Assembly: GCA_030704615.1 (NCBI GenBank)
Contig: CM060733.1
Coordinates: 36,208,001 to 36,272,000 of the forward strand
Reading direction: 5' to 3'
DNA length: 64,000 nt
Origin: Takakia lepidozioides
Taxonomy: Eukaryota > Plantae > Bryophyta
Below are positions 50,764-63,859 of the stretch, one piece after another. The notes under the pieces are model-generated. The model saw only the letters and a list, made by a program, of their open reading frames with translations. It was not told where the DNA came from and searched no databases. A program made the translations under genes and the position numbers. Numbering within the stretch: position 1 is the first letter of the stretch; the number at the start of each line of letters is the position of its first letter.

Positions 50764-52920
50764 ATGATTCGATCTGGATCAATAGCTACAATAAACCTGC
50801 ATGTGAAGATATCTTGTGCGGCAGGCAGCCTGACAGAGGCTCTACAGACTCCAAACCAAAGAGGCATTTCAGCAGATTCAGATACATATGTTTGTCTCTT
50901 GCTTAAGTGCATCAAGATGGAAGGTTTGGAAGCTGGAAAGCAGGTGCACACTCACATTATCCAAAGTGGATTCACACCAAATGTTTTTCTACTCGACACC
51001 CTTGTCAACATGTATGTTAAGTGCGGGAGCATCATGGATGCTCACCAAGTGCTCAACAAAATGCCTCAACGATCTTTGATCACATGATAATGTTGGCAGG
51101 ATTTACCAAGCATAGGTGTGGTAGGAATACTTTGGAGACCTATGAGCAAATGTTGCGCGAAGGGGTGAAGCCCAACCACATCACATTTGTTTGTGTTTGC
51201 AATGCGTATGCAAGCCTGGGAGCCCTGGAAAAGCAAGGACAATGTGGTGAGGGCACCTTCTTCGTCGACCTATTTCAGCCTGTTTTGCCCTCTCATCAGA
51301 CTCAACCCTGAGATGCATATTGAATTCTGTAAGTTAGCTCGTTGGGTGGATCTGTGGTGGTTTGGAATGACTTTGACAAGTAATTGCCGATGTGGCAGCA
51401 AGAAAGTATCCAAAAACAGATAACAGAGATGAGGATCTACCAAACATGGGTGTGGTACGAATGCTTTGGAGACCTATGAGCAAATGATGCACGAAGGGGT
51501 GAAGCCCAACCACATCACGTTCATTTGTGTTTGCAATGCGTGTGCAAGCCTGGGGACCCTGGAAAAGGGGAAAGAGGTCCATGATGACATCGTCAAAGCT
51601 GGAATTGTACCAAATGTCATTCTGAACACTGCCCTGGTGGATATGTATGCCAAATGTGGGTGTATTAAGGATGCAAAGGCAATTTTCAACAATATGGCTG
51701 AACGAGATGTGGTGTCGTGGAGCGCGATGCTTGCAGGGTATGCACAGCAGGGACGTGGCCGGGTGGAGGCTTTGGAGACCTATGAGCAAATGATGGGGGG
51801 ATGGGTGAAGCCCAACCACATCATGTTTGTGTGCGTTTGCAATGCGTGTGCAAGCCTGGCAGCTCTGGAAAAGGACAAAGAGGCCCATGGCGACATTGTC
51901 AGAGCTGGAATTGTACCCCATGTCATTCTGAACAATGCCCTCGTGGGACATGTATGCCAAATGTGGGAGCATCGAGGATGCGAAGGCAGTGTTCAACAAT
52001 ATGGCTTAATGAAATGTGGGGTTGTGGAACGCGATGCTTGCAGAGTATGCACAGCAGGGGCGTGGGATGGAGGCTTTGGAGACCTATGAGCAAATGATGG
52101 TGGAAGGGGTGAAGCCTGACCACATCACGTCTATGCATTTGCAAGCTTGGCAGCCCTGGAAAAGGGCAAAGAAGTGCATGGTGACATCCTCAAAGCTGGA
52201 ATTGTACCAAATGTCATTCTGGACATTGCCCTGGTGGACATGTATGCAAAATGTGGGTGCATTGAGGATGCAAAGGGAGTATTTGACAATGTGACTGAAC
52301 GAAATGTGGTGTCGTGGAATGCAATGATCGCAGGATAAGCCCACCATGGTTGTCGTAGGGAGGTCCTGCAACTATTTGAAGGAATGTAAAAGAACGGCTT
52401 GAAGCTGGACAGTATCACCTTTATATGTGCTCTCTCTGCATACAGCCACACTGGCCTACTGAATGAAGGAAGACGCTACTTTGATTCCCTGAGTCAAGAT
52501 CATGGTGTTACTCCGACAGTAAAGCACTTTGGCTGCATGGTGGACCTTCTTGGACGTGCGGGACAATTGGATGAGGCAGTGGACCTGATTAATAAATTGT
52601 CAGTCAATCCAGATGTTGTGGTGTGGAAGGCCTTGCTTGGTGCCTGCAGAATCCATGGCAATGTGGAGATGGCTGAACGTGCGACAACATCTATCCTCAA
52701 GTTGGATGAACAGGATGTCGCGACTTATGTGTTGTTATCAAACATCTATGCTGCAGCTGGTAGGTGGGATGATACTGCAAAGGTGAGAAAATGATGAAGG
52801 TTAGAGGGTTTAGAAAAGGAGCCAGGTTGCTTCTGCATTGAGGTTGGCAACAGGGTGCACACCTTCGTTGTAGATGACAAGTTGCATCCCAGAATTAAGG
52901 AAATCCATGCTGTCATTTGT
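50764..52920 (+). pseudogene. PLS-class PPR (RNA-editing factor type) with E/E+ region, disrupted
   Basis: Repeats LVDMYAKCG, DVVSWSAMLAGY, GVKPNHITF; E-domain HFGCMVDLLGRAG, WKALLGACRIHGN, YVLLSNIYAAAGRW; KEPGCFCIEVGNRVHTF. Several frameshifts, stops and an insertion at ~51240-51430. No DYW domain seen. Confidence 0.92.
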
Positions 52921-53196
52921 CTGTGTCTTGCCTGTTTGTTCAACCATGCAAAATCTATCGTGTATGCTCTACAGCTTCCTAGTATAATGGGAGTTCCCAT
53001 GGTCACTCCTCTTTAAGTTAACAGGAGATTGAGGGTTTGTCCTGGTAAGTTGGGGTCCGAACTAGAGCTTATGTAAGCCAATGGAGAGTATCAAGAGGGA
53101 GAGTGAGGAAAAAGATTTGCTTGAAAGCAAACCGGCTCAGAAGGATACTCTCCAGAAGGAAACTCTCCACAAGAACCTCATGTAATTGTGACAAGA

Positions 53197-53289
53197 AGTT
53201 TTACGGAGACGGAGTTAGGTGAAGTAAGATTTCCAGAGATCAGTACACCCATTCTTCAGAAAGTTTGTCAGTACTTTTGTTGGTCCTAA
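53197..53289 (+). pseudogene. ELOC: Elongin C pseudogene, middle exon
   Basis: Translates SFTETELGEVRFPEISTPILQKVCQYFCWS*, characteristic of plant Elongin C, with a premature stop. Confidence 0.8.
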
Positions 53290-53740
53290 TAGCTGATGAA
53301 ATTAGTGAAGAGGTCTAGCTGCTAGTTATGTCTCTTCAAGATGTTGATAGTCCAAATTTGGTGACACTCCTTACATGTGCTCTTTTGTTCATACTTTCCA
53401 ATTTAGGTCTGGAGTTGACTTTGCACTTTGCTGGCAGTCCCGGGGGGTGCACTCTTTATAAACTGTGCGTATCACGTGCGTTCGTCGCCTAATAAAAAAA
53501 CCCCCTGTATACAGGTCCTTGGATAATTTATACCCCCTCTGTACATACTTTTTGAAGATTATAAAATCCCCTCCTGTAAATATACAAAAATTTACAATTT
53601 TTGAAAAGTACCCCTTTCTGTATGTATATTCTCATTTTTCATCATTAAAAATAACCCTCCAATATGTATATGTATGTTTTTATATTATATCGAATTTATT
53701 CATTTAAAACATAATAAAATCTAACAAATTAATTAAAAAA

Positions 53741-55852
53741 TTATTTGCCTTTGATAAAGTTGTCAAAGACTTTTCGGTCATTTGCATCAAGAACATATGT
53801 GTTTGACTTGACATTGTACTTTAAACATGCTAACGCGATAATGGAATCCAAATCAACCATCATGTTATCCGTCAAATCGTACGTATAGACCCCTCCTCGA
53901 ATTTTTTGGTACCATGCTAACCCAATCTCCATATGAGAAGGACGCTCCAATAAATCAACAGAATCCCTACATTCTACAAACCGCTTATTTATTTTCTTCC
54001 GCATTCTTTGAACCCTTCAAAATCCCCCCTCCTATGTGCATCAACAATATCACGACAAAATTTGAGAACATCTCCTCTTTCAATTGCCTCAATCCCAGAC
54101 TCCTTCAAACTCCTACATCGCACAGACAATGATGCCACTTTGGTCCTGGCCTCCCACAATTTGAACCTCAACTGCCTCAACTCCTGTCTGTTTTTGTAAA
54201 CTTGTTTGACAATCTCCGCATTTCCAAGATATGACAACCTTCTTCCCTTGCCAGTATCTCTCTCCCCTCTACATTCCATGGCACCTCTTTCTCTATATAC
54301 CCTCATTCTGAAGTCATTTTCCAAGGGAATGGAAGAACATGCTGAACATCTCAAGTTTGGAAATGGCTCCCCATCCAATGACACTCTAAAACAATCCGCG
54401 TGCCGAAACGTACCAACAACCTTATGCTCTTGATTGTTTAGAGTGATGGTTGCATTTGTCAACGGCTCGACATACCACTTCTTTCCTCCCTTGCTATCTT
54501 GAAGGAATGGTTTCAGACTTATTCTCTACTGGTTGTACTCCCACCAGTCATCCCATAGGCCCCAACACAAATTGTCTCTTCCTTTGTTGCATTGGGACCT
54601 TTGCTGTAATTGTCAATCCTCGATCAGATTTCCCCGTTGGGCAGCGTCAACACAAGCGTATGGAGTTTGTGACGAGGATGCTCCCATTGTTGATGCCACA
54701 ATTGGATTGTCAAGTGGTGGGGACGGCAACACAAGTTGACTGACCAAGAAAGAGCTTAGATCCCGTTGCTTTACATCTTTGGCAATCATAGGCTTTGGAG
54801 GCCTTCCTCTCTTTTTGCAAGGTCCTTCACTACTTCCAACCTTCTGGCAAATCTCTGCATCGACATGAGTTTTTTCTTTCACATGCTCTATCAAAGAAGA
54901 TTGCAAAGAACATGTCATTGGAAACAAGAGTAGCCACTTCGAATCCAGTGGGCACCTAATCCTTATGGAACCCAACTGCGAATAGTCTCCAATTGTGGCT
55001 TCCACAATCTCAAATCTGTTTCCAGGATTGTCCTCACAAAACCGAGCGATTTCCTCTAATGCTTCCTTCACCCTGTTCTTCTTTGCGTCTAATGCTTCAT
55101 CTGCATTTACAGGGCTGATGACACATTGTGATGAACCCTTCCCATGACGCCTTTCATAGGCTATGCGATGCCCCTCACTCCTCAAATGAGATCTCATAAA
55201 GTTTGCACATGCATCATATGGTTTGTTTTTCCCAGACCGTGCATAAACATCCTCACACTCAACACACCATATGTGGAACATTGCTTGTCCTTGTTGATCC
55301 TTTGTCATCAGCTCAAACTTGTCACATCGTCCTTCTGCAGAGATTTTCCTTTCAACGGCTCTAATCTCTTTCTGCCATTTTTGAATATCGTTGGATGTAG
55401 CCAACGTGCTGCACAATCTACCAGATCTCTGCTGAAGTGCATGCTCATGTGCATGGTCTTCATTTCCACCATCGCCAGCAAAGGGTGTATCAAGGTCCAT
55501 CCTCATCTTGGTAGACACTGGTGCCGGGTCCTCGTCTGGTCTGTCCTCATGCAAGATCGTAGAACCACTGGAAGATAGAGGTCTTTTCAATCCTTGGTCC
55601 CCATCATTTTGGTCTGAAATCTTAATGTGTACAGTATCCCCTTTCAGAACCATCCTCTCTTCTTGCTTGGCTGAAAGGACACTACCCCCATGGAAAGGAA
55701 ATGAAATTTTGCTGAGACAAGCTCATCACCTATAATTTCTGCTCGGATGCATTTGTATGTGACACCTTGCATAGTGAACACAGAACCAAGCCTGTTTGGT
55801 GATGCATCTCCTCCAACAAGCAGGACTTTTACTTCCAACTCTTCTTCCATGA
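53741..55852 (-). pseudogene. Transposon-borne gene with C2H2-like zinc fingers, AT-hook and coiled coil; frameshifted and probably internally deleted (putative transposase remnant)
   Basis: WCVEC...RSHLRSEGH, RCPLD...EHVKEKTH, KKRGRPPK, CSAC and a helical region. Consecutive ORFs lie in different frames, with an abrupt join near 54000. No catalytic core recognised. Confidence 0.6.
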
Positions 55853-57667
55853 TGAGTTCACCTGCAAAATGCAATGAAAACATTTCAAATTAGACCTTGA
55901 TAGACCAATAACAAAGCACCCGGGTTGGAAGGTTCCAAAGTCCTGTTTTATACAACCCTATAGGCTGTCCAAGTAGGAACTACGTTCATAAGAGGATGAA
56001 ATGTATACAGAAGCAAGTACCTGATTGATGAGTTTGATGTTGTTAATTTTTGCTGCTGCTATTGACCAAATGCTGCTACTTCCACTGCTGGTAGCCCTCT
56101 TGGGTGATCCTGAACCCACAGTCCATCCTTGCATCAGCGGCTAGCCCTCCCTCCACACTAACATATTTAAATACAAAGTTCTGTCAAACTCCCTACGATG
56201 GAGCCCTTTGCCCACTTGGGCATTGAAGTCACCCTACAATAGCACCACAGAGATGAAGAGAAGCTTTGGAATGAGACACTTTTCTGACCCCAGTCAATGG
56301 TGGGACAATGTGGGTGGATGGTCAACTGGAAACAGCAGCGGCAACAGCGCAATTGATAAAGCAAGGCACTGCTGATGAAAGGTACCTTCTTCAACGTATT
56401 TCAGCCTGAGGGCACCTTCTGGTTTGACCTGTTTCAGCCTGTTTTTCCCTCTCATTAGACTCAGCCCTGAAGCATATGTATTGAATTCTGTAAGTTAGCT
56501 CGTTGGGTGGATCTGCGGTGCTCTGGAGTGACTTTGCAAGTTGCTGCCGAGGTGGTAGCATGACAGTATCTAAAAAAAGATAATAGATAGAACAAGGGAC
56601 TGCTAATGAAGGTACCTTCTTCAACACATTTCAGCCTGTTTTTCCCTATTATCAGAGTCGCCCCTAGATTTCCAGATGGCGGATTCCAAGCTCCAGATTA
56701 CCTATGATTCCATGTGGAATGATAGCTACAAGAAACCTGGATGGGTAGATGGTCAACTGGAAGCCACAGTAGTAGCTGCAGAGGCATGATGTACACATTG
56801 TTAGTGTGGAGGGAGGGGTAGCTGTTGATGCAGGGAGAGGATCGTGGGTGCAAAATCATCCAAGAGGGCCAGATTTGGAGCAAGGAACAGCGCTGGCAGG
56901 AGTTCTATAAATTTGATCCACAGCGGTGGGACAATATTGTCAACAAGGTGAGCTTTCTTCATGCATCGAAGAGGCGTCGTTGATGACGTAACCCATCAGG
57001 TATAATTCTTTTAGACTCCAAGGGTGGCCTATGGGATGTCGTGTGAATGATCCGAACGGGGTCTACTCTTCATCGTGTGTGTTGTCACTTGATTCTAAAC
57101 GACTTTTTGTATTGGGCAGGGTTGTTAGGCCGGGACGATGATGGAAAAGAGCTCAAGGCCTTTGCAAGGCTCTCGAAGAAATTTTTTTGTGGCTTGTTGC
57201 CATGAGAATGAAGCAGCTTCTGGAGAAAAGAACAGGCAGGGGAACCGTGTAAGTTCAAGATGCAAAATCCAAGGTCCTATGCGTCTGCTTGGAACATGAA
57301 CATCGTCTGCCCATTTGGGTGTTTGAATCTTGAGGATTTGTACCAGACCTGTAAGCTCTCCAATTTAGAAAATGTACAACCTTTTGAATCTCAAATATGG
57401 CATATAGGCGTTGACAAAACAAAATTATGCTGCACTGCGCAGCTGCTCATCAATCTCTCTCAGAACTCCCTCCTCCTGGTCTGGCTGGACTCTTTGCAGA
57501 AAATGGTGGAAAATTTTGTGTTTAGAGTCCACTTCACAGCATTAATGGAACTTCCAAAACCACATGTGGTTGATGTAATCTTGGAACTGATGGTATGTGT
57601 GGACCTGTTGGTGTAGAGCAATGGGGGAAGAAGGCATTGGAGGGCATGGGAGAGTGCAGCAGCGGGG

Positions 57668-58270
57668 GCCATGTTGGGAGCAACCATGATATCATTGGGT
57701 CTTCTGGTGAGGACGAGCTGAATTCTAATGGCAGACGGTTAATTAACTGTCTGGAAGAGCTTCAGCTTTTGACCTTGATTAACAAGACAAGAGGTGACCA
57801 AGTGCAGTGGACTCGTGAGAAATCCCAAACTGGGGAACGTTCCATTGTGGACTATATCATAATGGACAAAAATTTGTTCCCCCAGTGTGCCAATGTGTTG
57901 ATCGACAGAACTGATATTGGTACCTCTGACCACTTTCTGGACTAAGATCAAAAGGTGTTTTCCCAAGGCCAGAGTAGAAGAGATTCTCAAGGACCTGGAC
58001 CTGGATCCGCAAGTCTTGACCCTGCTGGATAAATCAGACTTAGAGGCTGTAGTGTCCAAAGCCATGTCTATTGCCATGAGATTGTCTGATGAAAATGAAG
58101 TTATAAAACTTCCCTGAACTTGTTTCTAGTCAGTGACATGGGGGAGGACATCTTGGATGACCTCAAGGGTCCACCCACTCTCGGCACTAGACTGAAATTT
58201 AAACTCAGGGAAGGAAGCCTACCTTTGAACATGAAACAGAAGCAGAGAGGAAAGGGGGAGTGCACTCTCC
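57668..58270 (+). mobile_element. Internally deleted LINE copy: APE C-terminal half joined to an ORF2 C-terminal fragment
   Basis: NSNGRRL...SIVDYII...TSDH (APE motifs). 57972-58270 is an inverted copy of ~59160-59455. Confidence 0.8.
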
Positions 58271-58784
58271 CAAGTGAACCTGCATCATTCAGTTGGCAAG
58301 ACCGTGTCTAAAAAATTGATCCATTTGAAGACACCACGGTGCAGCTGAGCACAGCCTGACATGACAACAATTAAACAGCATACTGAGACAAGAGAAGCAG
58401 TCAAGGACACAGTCATGCATATGGCAGCAAGTGATCACCCTTCAAACATGATTGAAAACATACATGAGGTCAAAGGCAATAAGAAATCAGCGAAGGGTAC
58501 TGCAGCTAACAGTTGGAGCGTCTTTAAAGACAAAGGGAAGAGAAAGAAACACTTCACTGGCAATGAGGGGAGGCTGTGGAAACGCCAAGAGGATGGCACA
58601 AATGATAGAAATAACAGGGTTGGGCAAAGGATCCTGTAGGAAGAAGAAAGGGTATGTCAGCATGGAAAGGACGTGCGGCTCATTCCAACAGAAAGGGGAA
58701 CATTCGTGCAGTTAAGTACAACAACCAATTGCCCTTCAATTATGGCTGGAATTTTCCAAAAGGCGAGGGATGATAAGGATGAGA

Positions 58785-61380
58785 TTGTACTCATAAGACG
58801 TTGTTTGCCGTAGCCTTGTGGCCATTGACCCCGCGCCCAGTTTCAGTGGGAACAAAAGGAACAGGGCTGACGTTGGTAGTAAGACTTACCATCGTATAAG
58901 GAATTAATCCGGGTTTTCCAGATATCCTCTAGAAAACCCTTCACACAAGCATCAATATGCTGTGTGTGATTTGCCCAAAAACTAGGCCTCAGGAGGGCCT
59001 GGGCTTTTGGCGCAGCCTCGAGACTTTCAAAGTTGGTAAACAGGGGTACAGGCACAATTCCCTTGATAGAATTGAAGAGAGCCTCTCTTTGGTGAGAGAA
59101 CCCGGACATCGTATCAGAAAATGAATATTGTCTTCAGATTGCCCACACAACGGACAATTGCACTCTCTCTTTCCTCTCTGCTTCTGTTTGCTGTTCAAAG
59201 GTAGGCTTCCTGCCCTGAGTTTAAATTTCAGTCTAGTGCCGAGAGTGGGTAGACCCTTGAGGTCATCCAAGATGTCCACCCCCATGTCACTGACTGGAAA
59301 CAAGTTCAGGGAAGTTCTCTGCCTAACTTCATTTTCATCAGACAATCTCATGGCAACAGACATGGCCTCAGACACTACAGCCTCTAAGGCAGATTTATCC
59401 AGCAGGGTCAAGACTTGCGGATCCAGGTCCAGGTCCTTGAGAATCTTTTCTACTCTCTTCTGCCAAGACTTAGCCTGTTTGACAGGGCGGTCCTGTTTCC
59501 AAGATATAGAGTCAATCAACTTAGGATATCTGGTGTTGGGCATATGTTGCAGCTGACCCCACCATCTGACCTTGAATTCATCTCGTCGGGAGCTTAAGGA
59601 TGGAATGCCAAACTCACCCCGAACAGCCACATTGGCTGTTTTGGAGCATACTGACATACACTCCTTAAGCACCCCCACTTGAATGGATTCTAGAGACTTA
59701 GCCTGGTTGGAGTTATCAACCCATATAGCAGATCCGTACTCCAAGGCAAGTCTAATAACGCGACAAAGCATGGTTTTCTTAACCTCAGAGATGACCCCTC
59801 TGCAGTGGAAAAATTTAGTGAGCCCCAGAGCTTTGCCCTTGCCAGTTCGAACAACTTTCCGGATATGTGCATCCCAATTACAATTGGAGGAAAACTCAAC
59901 GCCCAGGTAAGTGTAGGAAGGGAGGACCGGATCTCTTGGCTACCCCACTGCCACTTAAGATCACTTCCTCCCTCTCCTCTGTCGTTGAATGCTACCACTG
60001 CATATTTGCTGACATTAGCCTCTAGCCCCAAAGATCAAAGTATCTCTTCGCGCAATTAATCAACTCCTAAGTGTGATGCCACGGTAGTTCCCCGGTTCTT
60101 CTCTGTCACCCTTCTTGTATAGACTGACAATGACCCCCTGTCGCCAGCGAAAGGGGATCATTTCAGTCTTCCAGATAAGGTTAAAGAGGAGAACTAGGGC
60201 CTCTATCATGGGATCGCCACCGTGCTTGATAAGCTCGTTGACAATACCATCAGGTCCACCAGCTTTATATCCATTTAAATGTTCAATTGCTTCCACAATC
60301 TCAGAAGAACTAATGGGAGCGTTATAAGCCATTGAAATATACTCCAGTTCATCAGGGCTGTTTTGAATCATATGAACAATTTTTCCAACTGTGTCCCTCC
60401 ATTCAGCAGAAGACCCCTCACTGTTAGACCTAGAAGTTCTGCCAAGGATACTGTAGTGATTTTCAAAGGTTTTGACAATGTCAACCGATGAAGTCACCAC
60501 TGCACCTTTAGTAGTCTTCAGCGCTTGTACTTGCTGACCGTTTTTAGGCTTGTACAAACGTTGAAGGGCCAACCATAATTTCTTGTCATTACCACCATGG
60601 TGGTTTGAGTTTATTTCACGGTATAACTTATCCCAGTATAATTTCTTTTGAGACCTAACAAGCTGATTGATATCTTTCCGGAGCTGATAGTACCTCGCCC
60701 ACAATTCTCTGTTGGTTTTCAAATTGCAGCACTCTTTATAGAGGGCTCGTCCTCACCAAAAGGCCCAATGATATCGTCCTGATGGAGCCCTTTGCCCACC
60801 CGGGCATTGAAGTCACCCAATAGCACTACCTGACCTTTGGCAAGGAACGAAGCACAGTCCAGCTTTACATCTTCGAAGGCTTTGTCTGCGTCAGCACTAA
60901 GGGCCCCCTCTGTGGGCATGTAAACACAACCCACAAAGAGGTCCTTCGTACTCATGCCGCCCTTCAGATTTAGTTTTAGCCAGATACTATGTTCGTACCT
61001 CAAACCCTTCTTGATAATTTCACAATTATCAAACAAGAAATCACGGACAAAGAATCCAACCCCTTTTTGACCGCGTTTGGCAGAGGCTGCCTTGAGAGTA
61101 CACATCCTACCTGCCCATTTATAACCATTGACATCTCCAACCAGTTTATCCGAAGTTTCCCATGTTTCTTGCCCAGCACAGATATGAATATCATTAGTCC
61201 GAAGGACTTGTCCCACTTCGAGTTGTTTCCTTTGGTTAGTAAGCCCTGAGAAGTTGAAAGTGGCCAGCCGCAAGCCAGCCCTTTGCATGTGAATTGTTTG
61301 TCGTCTAGGTAGCTTGGGATTGCTCCTGGACGCCCAACCGTTCTGCAAAGGGGGGACAGTTACCCCATGTGTAGATTTTG
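58785..61380 (-). mobile_element. LINE (APE + RT + C-terminal Cys/His knuckle; CR1/L2/RTEX-like), internally deleted, nested in the TIR element
   Basis: APE: ATFNFSGL, QETW, GVGF, CVYMP, LLGDFNARVG. RT N-terminus: KAGGPDGI, YKKGDREEPGNYRGITL, after which the RT core is missing. C-terminus: [12 protein letters not shown] and CPLC..ED..HFL..C. Confidence 0.92.
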
Positions 61381-61963
61381 CTCGTCTTGTGTAAATTCTT
61401 GAGTACCAAATCCTTCAGATTCAGGACGTTCAGGTTCTGTACACTTAGGGGCATCTTGTCCCTCTGGCTGTTTGGATTCAATAAGGATGAGAATAGGCCT
61501 GATACAGTGAGTACAACCATTGTGTCACGCCAATCATTATTAGGAAAGAAAATAGGCCTAATGTGCTCATTACCTCTGATGACTGGGAATCTTGATGCCC
61601 ATGTCCTCCTGTCATTGCTGCACAACAATCCGCCACCACACCCGCATATCATCACCGATCAGCCCAGGCCTGCCCCACATTCCCGCGCACTTACTTCATC
61701 CCCTTCGATTCCTGCCCTCTACATACATCACAACCTCAAACCTTCTCCCAAGTCAGTGCCCTCACCACATTCTGGTGCCCTCACCACATTGTCCTACCAT
61801 GCCCTGTGGAGAGGAGGGGAGAGGAGAGGAGGAAAAAGAGAAAGCCCGCGGAAGGGAAGGCGAACGCAGGAGAGGAGGAGAAAGAAAAGAGAAAGCCGCG
61901 GGAGGTCAGGGGAGAAAGATCGTGGAGCGAAAAAAAAAAAAAAAAAAAAACAAACATACAAAA

Positions 61964-62033
61964 CGACGATTCCATGATTCGATCCCGGGATGCATCGCGG
62001 CGGAATCACCATTCTTACCACTACACTATCCCT
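61964..62033 (-). promoter_or_regulatory. tRNA-like Pol III A/B-box unit near the right TIR
   Basis: The minus strand reads TAGTGTAGTGGTAAG (A-box-like) ... GGGATCGAATC (B-box-like), then T-rich sequence including T21 (61930-61950). No full cloverleaf established. Confidence 0.55.
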
Positions 62034-62195
62034 AAAAACTCAACAACCCCCTCCTGTAAAATTATATTTAAGGTGTTTTAAACCCCCCTCTGTATGTATA
62101 ATGTTGTACATGGGGGGGTTTAAAATACCCCCTCATGTGCACGCACGTGGCTGGTACATTTAATGAGGAGTGCACCCCCCGGGCTGGCAGTGCAG

Positions 62196-62275
62196 TGGTA
62201 AGCAGACTGGGTTTCATATTGAACCTAAAATTATTCTGGAACTTAATGATGGCAGCCAATTACCTCTACACCTGA
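62196..62275 (+). pseudogene. ELOC: Elongin C pseudogene, last exon
   Basis: GKQTGFHIEPKIILEL, a +1 frameshift, then MMAANYLYT*; matches the Elongin C C-terminus (LELMMAANYL). Confidence 0.8.
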
Positions 62276-63009
62276 TTATATGTTTCTCTTTCCTTCTTCG
62301 ACCTTTACCCTGTGAATATGCATATTGAACTTCTTGCTTGAAAATGTAAATGATTGTTGCATGGTCTTTCTACAAAATGAGTTTTTATTGGGTCCTGGGG
62401 ATGTGTACTGACCTGTGCAGCACTCCGCTGTAACCCCCAATCTCAATCATAGGCCATCTTTGCCAGTTTTCAATGATAACATTTGGGCTACGTCTGTTTT
62501 CTAGGAAATATACACTAACCTTCCCCTCTTAGTTTTACAGGCACTAGCGAATCATAATCATACTTCATAGGAATATTGTGTCAACATTAGATATCATTAG
62601 AGTTTTCATTGCAACCATGCGCACCGATTCTCTGCTTCATGGGCAATCTGACAGCCTAGATATGTTCCGACCCATATTGTGGATACTGTGTGCAGGCTGG
62701 CCTGCATGAACAAATCAATTTTGAAAGAGTCTCTACTAATTCTGGTCATCTTCAGTGATTAATATAATAGGTAGTGCCACTCTAAAAAATGGAACCTTTG
62801 GCAGGCTAAACTAGGTTACTGATGTCGATCTAATTCTAATTGTGATAATTTATTGGAAGGAAGACCGTCATGTTAAACAGGCTTGCGGGAAAGGCAGAAA
62901 ATGAAGTTGAACATAAAAGGATGATCTGAAGGGCCAACGTACAATTGGCAGTGGACTGAAATTTAAACTAAGGGTGGGGAGCCTACCTTTGAACAATAAA
63001 CATATGCAA

Positions 63010-63433
63010 CACCATGGGGATGACCCACCCCTTTTTGTGCAAATTGAATGTAGTTCTCAGAATTCGTCGCTAGTAGTGCGAAGCAACGCGAAGCCCTAGT
63101 CATTACATTTGCTTCAAGAATCGTGGAGTAGCCTAGTGGTATGGACGTACTCGTGGTGTGTAGGTGGTCTCGAGTTCAAATCTGCGCAGCGATTTTTGAA
63201 GTTTTCGAAAAACTCAAGATTGCATGGTGATTTAAACCCACGATGGGTACGTGACAATGCTAATCCTTACCACTACACTACCCTCTCAATCATGCTAACC
63301 TATTGATGTAGACTTATATTTAAGGTATTGTTTCCCCCCCCTATGTATGTATAATGTTGTACGTGGGGGGGTTAAAAATACCCCCTCCTATGCACGCATG
63401 TGGTTGGTACAGGTTGGCTCAGGTGCACCCCCA
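63010..63433. mobile_element. Short non-autonomous relative of the 53439-62183 element; left boundary uncertain
   Basis: 63316-63432 aligns with 62064-62180 (tatttaaggt...tgtataatgttgtac...ataccccctc...gtgcacccc). It also shares the cttaccactacacta tRNA-like segment. TSD not clear. Confidence 0.65.
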
Positions 63434-63859
63434 AGCAACTTGGTTGTCCCTACATAAGAGGTGGACAGAGCACTGAGTGCCGGGGGTTATACCTGGTTCA
63501 AATTCCCGCTCCATAATTGTATGTCTGCTTCATCATGGGCCAAGAAGAGGATATTTTCCTTTCACTGTAATTAAGGCGTCTGAGGGTTGCTTCTCCCGTC
63601 TGTAAAATAAATAAAGCCCAGCTTTCCTTTGATGCTCCTAGAGAAAAAGGGGCAGTATGTAGTGCTAGTAGAATTCAGCACTGGTTCTACTTCTGTTCAT
63701 AGGCTCTGTAGCTTCTCCCGGTTCCATTCTCTTCCTAATTCTCTACTTGCTGCTCTTTTTCCGTCTCTAAATCTGAACTGTTGGCTCGGAGTGAAACCTC
63801 AATTCTCTGCCTCCATGGCTATGTAAGGTTATTTTTTCCTTACCTTTACGCTGTTCTGC

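Larger units (their letters stand above)
53439..62183. mobile_element. 8.7-kb TIR DNA transposon with 8-bp TSD
   Basis: Perfect 16-bp TIR: CCCGGGGGGTGCACTC (53439) and GAGTGCACCCCCCGGG (ends 62183). TSD CTGGCAGT at 53431-53438 and 62184-62191. Subterminal CCCC(T)CTGTA-like motifs at both ends. Confidence 0.95.

Noticed and set aside
52794-53010. DYW deaminase domain after the PPR E region
   Set aside because: No HSE/CxxCH or terminal DYW motif seen; similarity stops after the E+ region.
61378-62081. Lys/Arg/Glu-rich ORFs
   Set aside because: They arise from purine-rich low-complexity sequence and an A21 run.
61964-63285. Functional tRNA genes
   Set aside because: A/B boxes are present but I could not build complete acceptor and anticodon stems; kept only as tRNA-like units.
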